Of a DNA stretch of 64,000 nucleotides, positions 52,952 through 62,016 are shown piece after piece (within the stretch, counting starts at the first letter, position 1; the number at the start of each line of letters is the position of its first letter). Position numbers and translations under genes: made by a program. The notes beneath the pieces were generated by a model. It was given only the letters and a program-made list of their open reading frames with translations. It was not told the origin of the DNA and searched no databases. Source of the stretch: Candidatus Gastranaerophilales bacterium (GTDB lineage Bacteria > Cyanobacteriota > Vampirovibrionia > Gastranaerophilales > Gastranaerophilaceae); assembly GCA_944324445.1 (NCBI GenBank), contig CALUWL010000002.1, positions 7,868 to 71,867 on the forward strand, read 5' to 3'.

Positions 52952-54072
52952 TATTTTATTGCCTTATTAATTTGTTCAACAATCTGTTCTGCTGAATTAA
53001 GTTTTGCTTGTTTATAAGCATTATAGGATAAATCCGATAAAAGCGCCTTATCGTTAATTAATTTATTGACTTCTTCATATAATGTTTCATTATTGCAATC
53101 TTTATCTTCAATCAATAACGCGGCTTTATTTTCTACAAGATTCTTCGCATTTTTATATTGATGATTTTGGCTGGCATATGGATATGGAATTAAAACAGAA
53201 GGCAAGGAACATGCGCATATTTCAGATAAACTTAAAGATCCGGAACGCGAAACAACCAAATCTGAAGCTAAAAGCGCAAGATACATCTTATCAAAATATG
53301 GTTGAAGCACCAAATTATCAGGTAAACTTTGAAATTCATCAAGAATTTTTTTAGTTACTTCATCAAAATTTTTCCTTCCGGTTTGCCAAAGAATTTCATA
53401 ACCTTCTTTATTAGCGTATTCCTTTAAAATCTTAAAAGAGGAATTATTTATTGTTCTAGCTCCCAAAGAACCGCCCATAATAAGTATTGTGAAATCATCC
53501 TTAAGAGAAAGTTCTTCTCTTGCCTGTTTTTTTGAAATTGTCTTAAATTCTTGACGAATAGGATTTCCGTTAACAAATATGTTTTTAGAATTTATATATT
53601 TTTTAGCATCTTCAAAAGCTAAAGAAACAGAAAAAGCATAAGGTGCAAAAAACCTTGTTACAATCCCCGGCTGAATATCGCAATCATGCAAAACATAAGG
53701 CACTCTAAAAAACAAAGCGCAAAACAAGGCAGGAGCACAAACATATCCACCCGTTGCAAAAACAACATTAGGTTTATGTTTTAAAAAATAAAAAAACGTT
53801 TTAAATGTTGAAGCTAATAACCCGAACAACCAAAAAATAAACTTCATACTAAATTTTCTGGGCATACCTTTTGCACCATGACTTAAAAAGTTGTACCCGT
53901 TTTTTTTAGCAATTTCAAATTCCATATTTTTTCTGTTGCCAAGATAAAATATGTTTTTATTTTCAATTTTATTATCAAGCAATGTATTAATAACTGATAC
54001 TGCAGGATAAATATGCCCTCCTGTACCGCCGCCTGTAATAAAATATATTTTTTCTTTATTTCTATTGAACAT
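52951..54072 (-). CDS. murG: UDP-N-acetylglucosamine--N-acetylmuramyl-(pentapeptide) pyrophosphoryl-undecaprenol N-acetylglucosamine transferase
   Basis: ITGGGTGGHIYPA N-terminal motif, 373 aa, in dcw context. Confidence 0.9.
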   Translation of the reverse strand: MFNRNKEKIYFITGGGTGGHIYPAVSVINTLLDNKIENKNIFYLGNRKNMEFEIAKKNGYNFLSHGAKGMPRKFSMKFIFWLFGLLASTFKTFFYFLKHKPNVVFATGGYVCAPALFCALFFRVPYVLHDCDIQPGIVTRFFAPYAFSVSLAFEDAKKYINSKNIFVNGNPIRQEFKTISKKQAREELSLKDDFTILIMGGSLGARTINNSSFKILKEYANKEGYEILWQTGRKNFDEVTKKILDEFQSLPDNLVLQPYFDKMYLALLASDLVVSRSGSLSLSEICACSLPSVLIPYPYASQNHQYKNAKNLVENKAALLIEDKDCNNETLYEEVNKLINDKALLSDLSYNAYKQAKLNSAEQIVEQINKAIK

Positions 54073-55207
54073 AATGAACTATCCTTTGAACTCTTTTTTT
54101 GGATATATTAATTAAAACTCCAATCATACATAATGAAACAAATAAACTTGAACCGCCGTAGCTGACAAAAGGCAGTGGAATACCTGTTGCAGGAACAAAA
54201 GATGAGGCTACGGACATATTTGTAAACGCTTGAAAGCATATTGAAAAAGTAATTCCTACAGCTAATAATTTTCCAAACATATCAGGACATCTTTTAGCAA
54301 TTACAAAGCCTCTGTGCAAAAATACCCCAAAAAGACACACAAGAAAAAAACAACCCAAAAAGCCAAATTCTTCGCCTATTATTGCAAATATAAAATCTGT
54401 ATGTCCTTCAGGAAGCCAAGATAATTTTTGTTTTGAATTACCAAAACCAACCCCAAAAAAACCGCCCGAAGAAAAAGCAACCATAGATTGAATTATATTA
54501 TATCCGGCGCCTAAGGCATCTGAAAAAGGGTTCCACCAAACTTTTATACGCTGTAATTGATAACCTCTTATTGTAGTTGCAACAGCCAAAGCGCCAAGTC
54601 CGAAAGCACTTGTTATAATTTTAGTTGACCCGCCTGCAACATAATACATACCAAAAGACGTCATCAAAAGTAAAATTATCATTGATAAATTAGGCTGCAT
54701 ATAAATTAAAAGCAACATAGCTGCAAATATAAAATAAAAAGGATACTTTTTGGAATCGATTATTCTGCAATCTTTGGAAAATAATGTTGCAAAATATAAA
54801 ACCAAGGCAGGTTTTGCCATTTCAGAAGGTTGAAATTGCAAAGGACCTATAACAAGCCAGCGTTTTGCCTCGTTAACAGTAACCCCCAAAGGAGAAAATT
54901 TAACAAGCGCAAGCGCTACAAGCACAAACACAGCAAGCATGCCCGCAAATGATTTCAATCTTCTATAATCAAAGCCGGAAAAAAACCAAGCACCTAAAAC
55001 CCCGCCTATAAGCCAAATTAACTGTTTTAAAGTAAAACTGAAAGGATTTTCGCCCAACCCTATAGCTTTAGGAGCAGAAGCTGAAAACACTGCCATAATC
55101 CCAAAAACAACTATAAAAGCAACCACTACTACAAGTAAGTTATCCGCAGGAGCTTTCGTATATGTTTTTGTTCTTGTTGTATATGCTCTATTTTTTTGAT
55201 AATACAT
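54062..55207 (-). CDS. ftsW: SEDS-family peptidoglycan polymerase FtsW/RodA
   Basis: About 10 TM helices and the conserved WLPEGHTDFIF motif. The preferred start is ATG 55207 (MYYQKNRAY). The ORF track start at 55309 would overlap murD by 122 nt. Confidence 0.85.
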   Translation of the reverse strand: MYYQKNRAYTTRTKTYTKAPADNLLVVVVAFIVVFGIMAVFSASAPKAIGLGENPFSFTLKQLIWLIGGVLGAWFFSGFDYRRLKSFAGMLAVFVLVALALVKFSPLGVTVNEAKRWLVIGPLQFQPSEMAKPALVLYFATLFSKDCRIIDSKKYPFYFIFAAMLLLIYMQPNLSMIILLLMTSFGMYYVAGGSTKIITSAFGLGALAVATTIRGYQLQRIKVWWNPFSDALGAGYNIIQSMVAFSSGGFFGVGFGNSKQKLSWLPEGHTDFIFAIIGEEFGFLGCFFLVCLFGVFLHRGFVIAKRCPDMFGKLLAVGITFSICFQAFTNMSVASSFVPATGIPLPFVSYGGSSLFVSLCMIGVLINISKKRVQRIVHYVQ

Positions 55208-56537
55208 AATTTTTAAACGCTTCTCCTCTTTTTTCGTAGCTTTCAAACATATCAAAGCTTGCACATGCAGGAGATAACAATACAACTTCGGGTTTATCAA
55301 GACTTGCAATATCTATTGCTTCTTCAAGAGTCTTTGAATTAACAATGCTCATATATCCGCTTTTTGCAAGTTCTGTTTTGAAACGATTAGTTGCTTCCCC
55401 GATTAAAACAACTTTTGAAATTCTTTCTTTAACAGCAGCAATAAAATCCTTCAGAGAAGTTTTCTTATCCCTTCCGCCTGCAATTAAAACAACTTTTTTA
55501 TCTTTAAATGAATTAATTGCAACTATACTTGCTTCAGGATTTGTTGCTTTTGAATCATTATAATAATCGGTTCCATCTATTGTTCTTATATATTCAAGTC
55601 TGTGTTCTATTGCTTTAAATGTTTTTAGGGCATTTTTTATTGTCTTATTATCCAGTCCCAATATTTTAGCAACAATTACAGCACTCATAACATTTTGCAT
55701 ATTATGAGGACCAACAATTTGAAGATCTTTATTATCTATAATTTTTTCATCATGGTAATATATTTTTCCGCTTTCAAAATATGTGCAATTTTTCATATTT
55801 CTATCTTGCATAGAAAAATAATATTTTTTTGCTTTTATCTTATCTGCTAATTTGCGAACGTTTTCGTCATCATAGTTTAAAACTGCATATGAATTTTCAT
55901 CCATATTTTTAAACATTTTTGCTTTTGCTTCAAAATAATTTTCAAAAGTCTTATGCCACAATATATGATCCGGAGTAATATTGCAAAAAACACCGATTTT
56001 AGGCTTGCAAGAGGGCGAATAATGAAGCTGGAAAGAGCTTGCCTCTATCACAAAATAATCTACATCCTTATCTAAATATTCAAGCGGGCTTATACCAATA
56101 TTTCCACAATATGGGGCATTATATTTTTGACATAAAATATGAGAAATCAAAGCTGTTGTTGTTGTTTTTCCGTTTGTACCGGTTACAACAATCATTTTTT
56201 TATTTTCAAGCTTTGAAACATATTCAATATCTGAAAAATATTCAATATTTTTCTCATTCAATCTTTTTAAAATTTCAGCATCATCAGGTATCGAAGGGCT
56301 TAATATACAAAATTGGGCACCTTCAATAAATTCATCACTATGACCATTGAATTCGATTTTTACACCCAATTTTTCAAGTTCATCAATTTTTGCTTTATTT
56401 TTTTCTTGTTTTTCAGAACTTTCCGAAACAAAAACCTCAGCACCGCATCTTTTAAAATACTTAGCTGCAGCATATCCTGTGGTTGAAAAACCTAAAATTA
56501 AAACTTTTTTATTTTCTAAATCACTATATTTGTTCAT
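55188..56537 (-). CDS. murD: UDP-N-acetylmuramoylalanine--D-glutamate ligase
   Basis: A Rossmann-type N-terminus (KKVLILGFSTTGYA) resembles MurD, and the P-loop GTNGKTTTTALISHIL is present. Confidence 0.9.
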   Translation of the reverse strand: MNKYSDLENKKVLILGFSTTGYAAAKYFKRCGAEVFVSESSEKQEKNKAKIDELEKLGVKIEFNGHSDEFIEGAQFCILSPSIPDDAEILKRLNEKNIEYFSDIEYVSKLENKKMIVVTGTNGKTTTTALISHILCQKYNAPYCGNIGISPLEYLDKDVDYFVIEASSFQLHYSPSCKPKIGVFCNITPDHILWHKTFENYFEAKAKMFKNMDENSYAVLNYDDENVRKLADKIKAKKYYFSMQDRNMKNCTYFESGKIYYHDEKIIDNKDLQIVGPHNMQNVMSAVIVAKILGLDNKTIKNALKTFKAIEHRLEYIRTIDGTDYYNDSKATNPEASIVAINSFKDKKVVLIAGGRDKKTSLKDFIAAVKERISKVVLIGEATNRFKTELAKSGYMSIVNSKTLEEAIDIASLDKPEVVLLSPACASFDMFESYEKRGEAFKNYVLSKK

Positions 56538-56542
56538 AATTA

Positions 56543-57508
56543 TTAAGCCTTATATAAAAAATAAACCAAAACACTCAAAGTGCAAGATAAAAACGTAATA
56601 AATGTAAAAACTTTTACAATTTTGTTTTCAGACCAGCCTGAAAGTTCAAAATGATGATGAATAGGACTCATTTTAAAAACCCTTTTTCCGGTCAACTTAA
56701 AACTTGTAACCTGAATCATCACAGATAATGTTTCGCATATAAAAACAAGTGCAATCGGCATAAGCCATAATTCAAATTTACCCATAATGGCAATCGTTGC
56801 AAGCAACCCGCCCAATGCAAGGCTTCCGGTATCACCCATAAAAATTTTAGCAGGCTTTTTGTTGTAATATAAAAATCCTAAACAAGATGCGCAAGCTGCA
56901 ATAGAAATAATCGCTAAATCAATATTATTGTTAAAATAACAAATAATTGCGCACGCTAAAAAAGCAACCACAGATGATGAAGCTGCAAGCCCATCTAATC
57001 CGTCAGTTAAATTAAGAGCATTAGAAGCCCCCACCATCATAAAAACAACAAAAACAGGGTAAAAATAACCCAAATCAAAACTAAAATTTAAAAAGCTGAC
57101 CTCGGTTTTACCTGAAAAAATAATATAAAACGCAGGCAGCATAGCAACTGCAATCTGCAACAAAAGTTTTGCTCTTGCAGATAAACCAAGATTGTGCTGA
57201 GCTTTTATTTTTTTAATATCATCTTCAAAACCCGTAAAGGTATAAAAAATCAAAGTCATTAAAACAATCATAGCCGAGGTCGTTGTTTTTTGCGCCATAA
57301 AAAGAGCAATCAAAGAAGCTATAACTATAGATACAACAATAAAAACGCCGCCTGTTGTCGGAGTTTTTTCTTTATATGCATGCATTTTAGCAACTTCTTG
57401 CCTTATATACTGAGAATATGCCTTTTTTTTCATAAAATCTATGTAAGGTATTCCAAAAAGCAAACATAAAATCAGGGCAATGAGTCCTGCTACACTAATC
57501 ATTATCAT
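56543..57508 (-). CDS. mraY: Phospho-N-acetylmuramoyl-pentapeptide transferase
   Basis: NLTDGLDGLA, FMGDTGSLALGG and SPIHHHFE motifs. Confidence 0.95.
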   Translation of the reverse strand: MIMISVAGLIALILCLLFGIPYIDFMKKKAYSQYIRQEVAKMHAYKEKTPTTGGVFIVVSIVIASLIALFMAQKTTTSAMIVLMTLIFYTFTGFEDDIKKIKAQHNLGLSARAKLLLQIAVAMLPAFYIIFSGKTEVSFLNFSFDLGYFYPVFVVFMMVGASNALNLTDGLDGLAASSSVVAFLACAIICYFNNNIDLAIISIAACASCLGFLYYNKKPAKIFMGDTGSLALGGLLATIAIMGKFELWLMPIALVFICETLSVMIQVTSFKLTGKRVFKMSPIHHHFELSGWSENKIVKVFTFITFLSCTLSVLVYFLYKA

Positions 57509-58854
57509 AATTTAACCGCCATTTCGCTAACTTTTTCAATAATTTGTTCAAATTTCATTGAACGAGATGCCTTAAGAAGAATAGTTGAACCTTTTTTAAT
57601 ATTTTTAACTATATAGTTTGCGCACTCGTCATTATTTTCAAATTCGACACTTTCAAGAGTCGTGTTTCTTGAAATGTGTCTAGCAAGATTACCAACCGTA
57701 AGCAAAATTACATCACTATAAGCCGACAAAAATTCGCCAACTTGTTTATGATACATAATTTCATCTTTTCCAAGTTCGCCCATATCCCCCAAAACAAGGA
57801 CAATCGGACGAGGGTATATCGACAAAAACGTTTTTAAAACAGCATTCATAGATTCAGGGTTAGCATTATAGCTGTCGTTTACAAAAGTAAAACCGCCTAT
57901 AACCGTCTTTTCCCAACGTTTTTCTATGGGTTTATAGTTTAATAGACCTTTTTTAATATTTTCACAAGATATATTCTTTGCTAATGCAGCCTCTATAACT
58001 AACAAAGCATTTAAAATATTATATTCACCCGATTGAGTAATTTCATAATTTACGCCCTTATATGTAAACTTTGTCAAATCAAGTGCTATATCAATATTTT
58101 GAACATCATCTAATGAGGTAAATATTTTGTCTCCGTCATAGTTAAGATTTTCCAATATTTGCGGACATTTTGTACCTATGAAAAGTCCGCCTTGCTCTTT
58201 TGTTTTTAGATTTTTTGCTATTTCACATTTTGCTATTGCGATATTTTTTAGCGTGCCAAGACGCTCCACATGAGCTGAACCTATGTTTGAAATAATACCT
58301 ATATCAGGATTTGAATATTTAGATAAAAGTTCAATTTCACCTAAATTTCGCATACCCATCTCCACAATAACAACTTCGCTATCTATCGGCATATTAAACA
58401 TGGTTTCACAAAAACCGATTTCATTATTATGATTTAGCATGGTCTTGTGAGTTTTGTATGTGGTTGAAAATACACTATAGAGCATTTCTTTTGTGGTAGT
58501 TTTGCCGCAAGAGCCTGTTATTGCTATAACTATCGGATTAATTTTTTTTCTTATATAACTTGCAAGCTCTAAATAAGCAACAAGCGAATTTTTAACGTAT
58601 ATTACAAATTCAGCCTCTTTATTTATTTTAAATTTGTCTTGAGTAAAATATCCCAAAGCACCATTTTCAAGCGCTTTATCTATAAAATTATGACCGTCAA
58701 AATTCTCCCCTCTTAAAGGAAGATAGCAATCTCCTTTTTGAAGTTTTCTTGTGTCTGTTGAAATATTAAAAAGTTTTTTTGTATCACAAGTATCTTTTTT
58801 ATACAGTATTTCACAATCTAAACAGCTTACAATCTCATCTAAACTAAATTTCAA
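57505..58854 (-). CDS. murF: UDP-N-acetylmuramoyl-tripeptide--D-alanyl-D-alanine ligase
   Basis: P-loop ITGSCGKTTTKEML and NDSYNANPESM. TTG start. Confidence 0.9.
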   Translation of the reverse strand: MKFSLDEIVSCLDCEILYKKDTCDTKKLFNISTDTRKLQKGDCYLPLRGENFDGHNFIDKALENGALGYFTQDKFKINKEAEFVIYVKNSLVAYLELASYIRKKINPIVIAITGSCGKTTTKEMLYSVFSTTYKTHKTMLNHNNEIGFCETMFNMPIDSEVVIVEMGMRNLGEIELLSKYSNPDIGIISNIGSAHVERLGTLKNIAIAKCEIAKNLKTKEQGGLFIGTKCPQILENLNYDGDKIFTSLDDVQNIDIALDLTKFTYKGVNYEITQSGEYNILNALLVIEAALAKNISCENIKKGLLNYKPIEKRWEKTVIGGFTFVNDSYNANPESMNAVLKTFLSIYPRPIVLVLGDMGELGKDEIMYHKQVGEFLSAYSDVILLTVGNLARHISRNTTLESVEFENNDECANYIVKNIKKGSTILLKASRSMKFEQIIEKVSEMAVKL

Positions 58855-58966
58855 AAAAATTCTCCTGAAAAAATAATTCCTTCTTACTTAAATAATTTTA
58901 TCTTGAAAAAACACATCTAACAAGTGAAGTTTTATAAATAATATTTAATTATTAAGAAAAATGTTG

Positions 58967-58972
58967 TAAAAT
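58967..58972 (+). promoter_or_regulatory. -10-like TAAAAT placed 7 nt before the DUF4127 start codon
   Basis: TAAAAT at 58967-58972, then CAAACT, then ATG at 58979. No SD and a weak -35. Confidence 0.3.
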
Positions 58973-58978
58973 CAAACT

Positions 58979-60382
58979 ATGATAAAAATTGCAGTTATTC
59001 CAATCGACAATCGACCGATATGCTACGATTTAATCGAGGATGTTTTATCAATAGATAAATCAATAAAGCTTTTTATGCCTGAAATAAAATATTTAGGCGG
59101 GCTCAATAAGCAATCTGACACAAATAAAATTTTTGAATTTTTAGAAAATCTTGATAACGTTGATTTTTTAATAGTTTCACTGGATACAATTGCATACGGC
59201 GGACTCATTCCTTCAAGGAGAATTGAAGATAATTACGATACAATTAAACAAAGAATTGAAAAATTTAAAAATATTGCTCAAAAAAAAGCAAAAAGTATCC
59301 TTGCTTTTTCTTCAATAATGAGAATTTCAAACAATAATATAAATGAAGAAGAAAAATTTTACTGGGCACAATGGGGAAAAAGGATTTTTGATTGGTCATA
59401 TTATCTTCATAAGTCAGAAGTTGAAAAAAGCTATAACTGCGTAATAAACAAAATACCGGAAGATATTTTACAAGACTATATCAACACAAGAAAAAGAAAT
59501 TTTGAAATTAATAAAATATACCTCAACTGGGCAAAAGAAGGCTTTTTTGATACTTTAATTTTCTCTAAAGACGATTGCGCTGAATTTGGATTAAACGTAA
59601 AAGAAGCAAACGAACTGCAAGAAATAATTAATAAAAATAATATACCTGAAGCTTTCATTAAAACAGGTGCGGATGAAATCCCCCTCGGACTAATTTCAAG
59701 AGCATTAGCCAAAAATCAAAACATAAAAATAAACCCTGTATTTTTAGAAAAAAATTCAACAAGTCTTATTTCAAAATACGAAGATATATCAATTGAAAAA
59801 TGTACGGAAGGTCAAATCAAGCTTGCAGGATGCGCAATTGATAAAAATGATTTTGATTTAGAAATGATTATAAATAATTTTAAATTAGAACAAGGCGACC
59901 TTGTTTTAGGAGATATTATAAATTCAAACGATAATGAAATAATTTTACCTTCAAATAATTATTTTATAGCAGATGTTAATAATGCAAACGGCAGCGACAA
60001 CAGCTTTGTTAAAAATTTATTTAAAAAGAAAAACGATAACTTTTTTGGCTACTGCGCTTATAACACAAGCGCAAACACAATAGGCTGCAGCTTATTTTGC
60101 GCCATAGTTAAATTTTTAGCTGTTAAAAATAATTCATTCAACGAAATAGCATTTAAAAAAATACAATTTATAAGATTTCTTGATGACTGGGTATATCAAG
60201 CTCTAATAAGAAAATTTGTACGTAAAAATGAACCTGATTTTATCCAAGCGCTAAAAGAAAAAGAAAACGATTTAAATGAATATGCAAAAGAAATTTCAAA
60301 ATTTTTAGATTTTCCCCCTGATAAAATAAAATATAGTCTGCCTTGGAATCGTTCTTTTGAAATAAGAATAAAGCTTAATTAA
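58979..60382 (+). CDS. DUF4127-like protein of unknown function
   Basis: From memory, the N-terminus MIKIAVIPIDNRPICYD and the ~470 aa length resemble DUF4127. This has not been verified by a search. Confidence 0.55.
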   Translation: MIKIAVIPIDNRPICYDLIEDVLSIDKSIKLFMPEIKYLGGLNKQSDTNKIFEFLENLDNVDFLIVSLDTIAYGGLIPSRRIEDNYDTIKQRIEKFKNIAQKKAKSILAFSSIMRISNNNINEEEKFYWAQWGKRIFDWSYYLHKSEVEKSYNCVINKIPEDILQDYINTRKRNFEINKIYLNWAKEGFFDTLIFSKDDCAEFGLNVKEANELQEIINKNNIPEAFIKTGADEIPLGLISRALAKNQNIKINPVFLEKNSTSLISKYEDISIEKCTEGQIKLAGCAIDKNDFDLEMIINNFKLEQGDLVLGDIINSNDNEIILPSNNYFIADVNNANGSDNSFVKNLFKKKNDNFFGYCAYNTSANTIGCSLFCAIVKFLAVKNNSFNEIAFKKIQFIRFLDDWVYQALIRKFVRKNEPDFIQALKEKENDLNEYAKEISKFLDFPPDKIKYSLPWNRSFEIRIKLN

Positions 60383-61977
60383 TATTTTATATAATATGAA
60401 TCACTTATTGTACAATCTGTTTTGATTTTCTTAAAATCGCTGCCTAACCTATCCGATAGTTCATAATCAACCCCGTATTCCTTTAATCTGAATAATACGG
60501 TTGAATCATCCTCATCATTAGGGGTTTTATCCATATACACATATATTTTTTTACTTTTTGATTTTTCATATAAATCATTATAAAAACTATTCATTACATA
60601 AGTTTTATAAGCATTAGTTAAAATATTTTCTTTTGCTACAAAGTAACCGTTTAAAATTATAAGAAAACATAAAATATAAAAAATAAAATTATTTTTCCTT
60701 AAAAAATAAGCACTTATAATGGGTAAAAGATGTAATTGCGGCACAAACCTTGCCCACCAGCAGATAGGATTTAATAGAACCGTAAGATAAATTAAAGCTA
60801 AAGGAAAAAGTTTTTTTCGTTTTTTAATAAAATACATAGTTAAAATTAAACTTATTAAAAATATTCCTGAAAACAAATGCCCAAAACCCGATATCCTAAC
60901 ATCTTCCGCTCCAAAAGGCATATCAAAATGCGATGTAAAAGGAACTTTCCAATATAATTTCGGGGTTTCGGGGTTGTTCATTCTGGCATCAGAAACCGAA
61001 GAAAACATACTCCTTGTAAATTTATAAATATAAGGTTTTTTATAAAATTCTTTAGGATTTTGTTTTGTCATAAAATCAAGCTTATTATAGCCAATTGAAG
61101 GATAAAAAGGATTTTTATATTTTATTAAATTTAAAATATAAGGTTGAGCGCATAAAATTAAACTTGAAAATACAACAATTGCAAAAGAAGCTAATTTTTT
61201 CTTTTCAAATTTATAAATTAAAAAAAGCGCAAAAATAATAAATGTATTAAATAAACCCGTATATTTTACCCCAATAGATAAAATAGATGTCATTATTAAA
61301 ACAATATAATTAATTTCTATATCTTTTTTTTCTTCAATCAAAAGAATAGAGAAAAACTGAAAACAAAAAAGACAATATAATATAAAATCAACCATTTTAG
61401 TATTTATTTGACAAATTAAAACAGAACACAGTAAATTACATAAAGTTAAAATAGCTGATTTTAATTTAGCTGATTTTCTTGAAAAAAAATAAAAAGAATA
61501 AAATAAAAGCGAAAAAACAAAGAAATAATTAACAATTTTGCTTGATTCCATATTATTAAAAATCAAATAAAAATTTGCTCTCAATAATTCAGATGCATTG
61601 GGATAAGTTTTTACAAAAAGATGATTAAAATATAAATTATTATTGTTCAGCCAAAGCTCAGTGTCTTTTACCCAAAAGGGATTAAACCCCAGTTTAAACA
61701 TATTTTCAATCGTAAAATGATAGCACCTGCCATCGAATGATGTATCTATAAAAAAATTTGAAAAAATAAAAGAAAGCAAAATTAACAATAATGCAACGGC
61801 GACTTTTTTAACAAAATCACCGCTTTTAAAAAGATAAATTAATGCTCCAACAAAAGAAATTACAATATAACAAGCATTTAGCGGTAAATTAGCTAAAAAA
61901 CCGATATTTGAAACACTAAACAATAAAAATAAAAATATAAGAAAAAACAAAGATATATCTAAAGAAAAATTTTTCAT
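60379..61977 (-). CDS. Polytopic membrane protein, possible GT-C-type glycosyltransferase/polymerase
   Basis: 532 aa, more than 10 hydrophobic helices, AAGGAGAG RBS. No confidently recognised motif. Confidence 0.5.
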   Translation of the reverse strand: MKNFSLDISLFFLIFLFLLFSVSNIGFLANLPLNACYIVISFVGALIYLFKSGDFVKKVAVALLLILLSFIFSNFFIDTSFDGRCYHFTIENMFKLGFNPFWVKDTELWLNNNNLYFNHLFVKTYPNASELLRANFYLIFNNMESSKIVNYFFVFSLLFYSFYFFSRKSAKLKSAILTLCNLLCSVLICQINTKMVDFILYCLFCFQFFSILLIEEKKDIEINYIVLIMTSILSIGVKYTGLFNTFIIFALFLIYKFEKKKLASFAIVVFSSLILCAQPYILNLIKYKNPFYPSIGYNKLDFMTKQNPKEFYKKPYIYKFTRSMFSSVSDARMNNPETPKLYWKVPFTSHFDMPFGAEDVRISGFGHLFSGIFLISLILTMYFIKKRKKLFPLALIYLTVLLNPICWWARFVPQLHLLPIISAYFLRKNNFIFYILCFLIILNGYFVAKENILTNAYKTYVMNSFYNDLYEKSKSKKIYVYMDKTPNDEDDSTVLFRLKEYGVDYELSDRLGSDFKKIKTDCTISDSYYIKY

Positions 61978-62000
61978 TAAACTCTCCTTATGCTATTTTA

Positions 62001-62009
62001 TGCTAAAAT
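62001..62009 (+). promoter_or_regulatory. Extended -10 element TGcTAAAAT upstream of nadE
   Basis: TG at 62001-62002 and TAAAAT at 62004-62009. The A of ATG 62017 is the 8th nt downstream. No SD. Confidence 0.35.
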
Positions 62010-62016
62010 TAATTTT

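Noticed and set aside
55208-55309. 34-codon N-terminal extension of the ftsW ORF
   Set aside because: It would overlap murD by 122 nt. The conserved SEDS sequence and first TM helix begin after the internal ATG at 55207.
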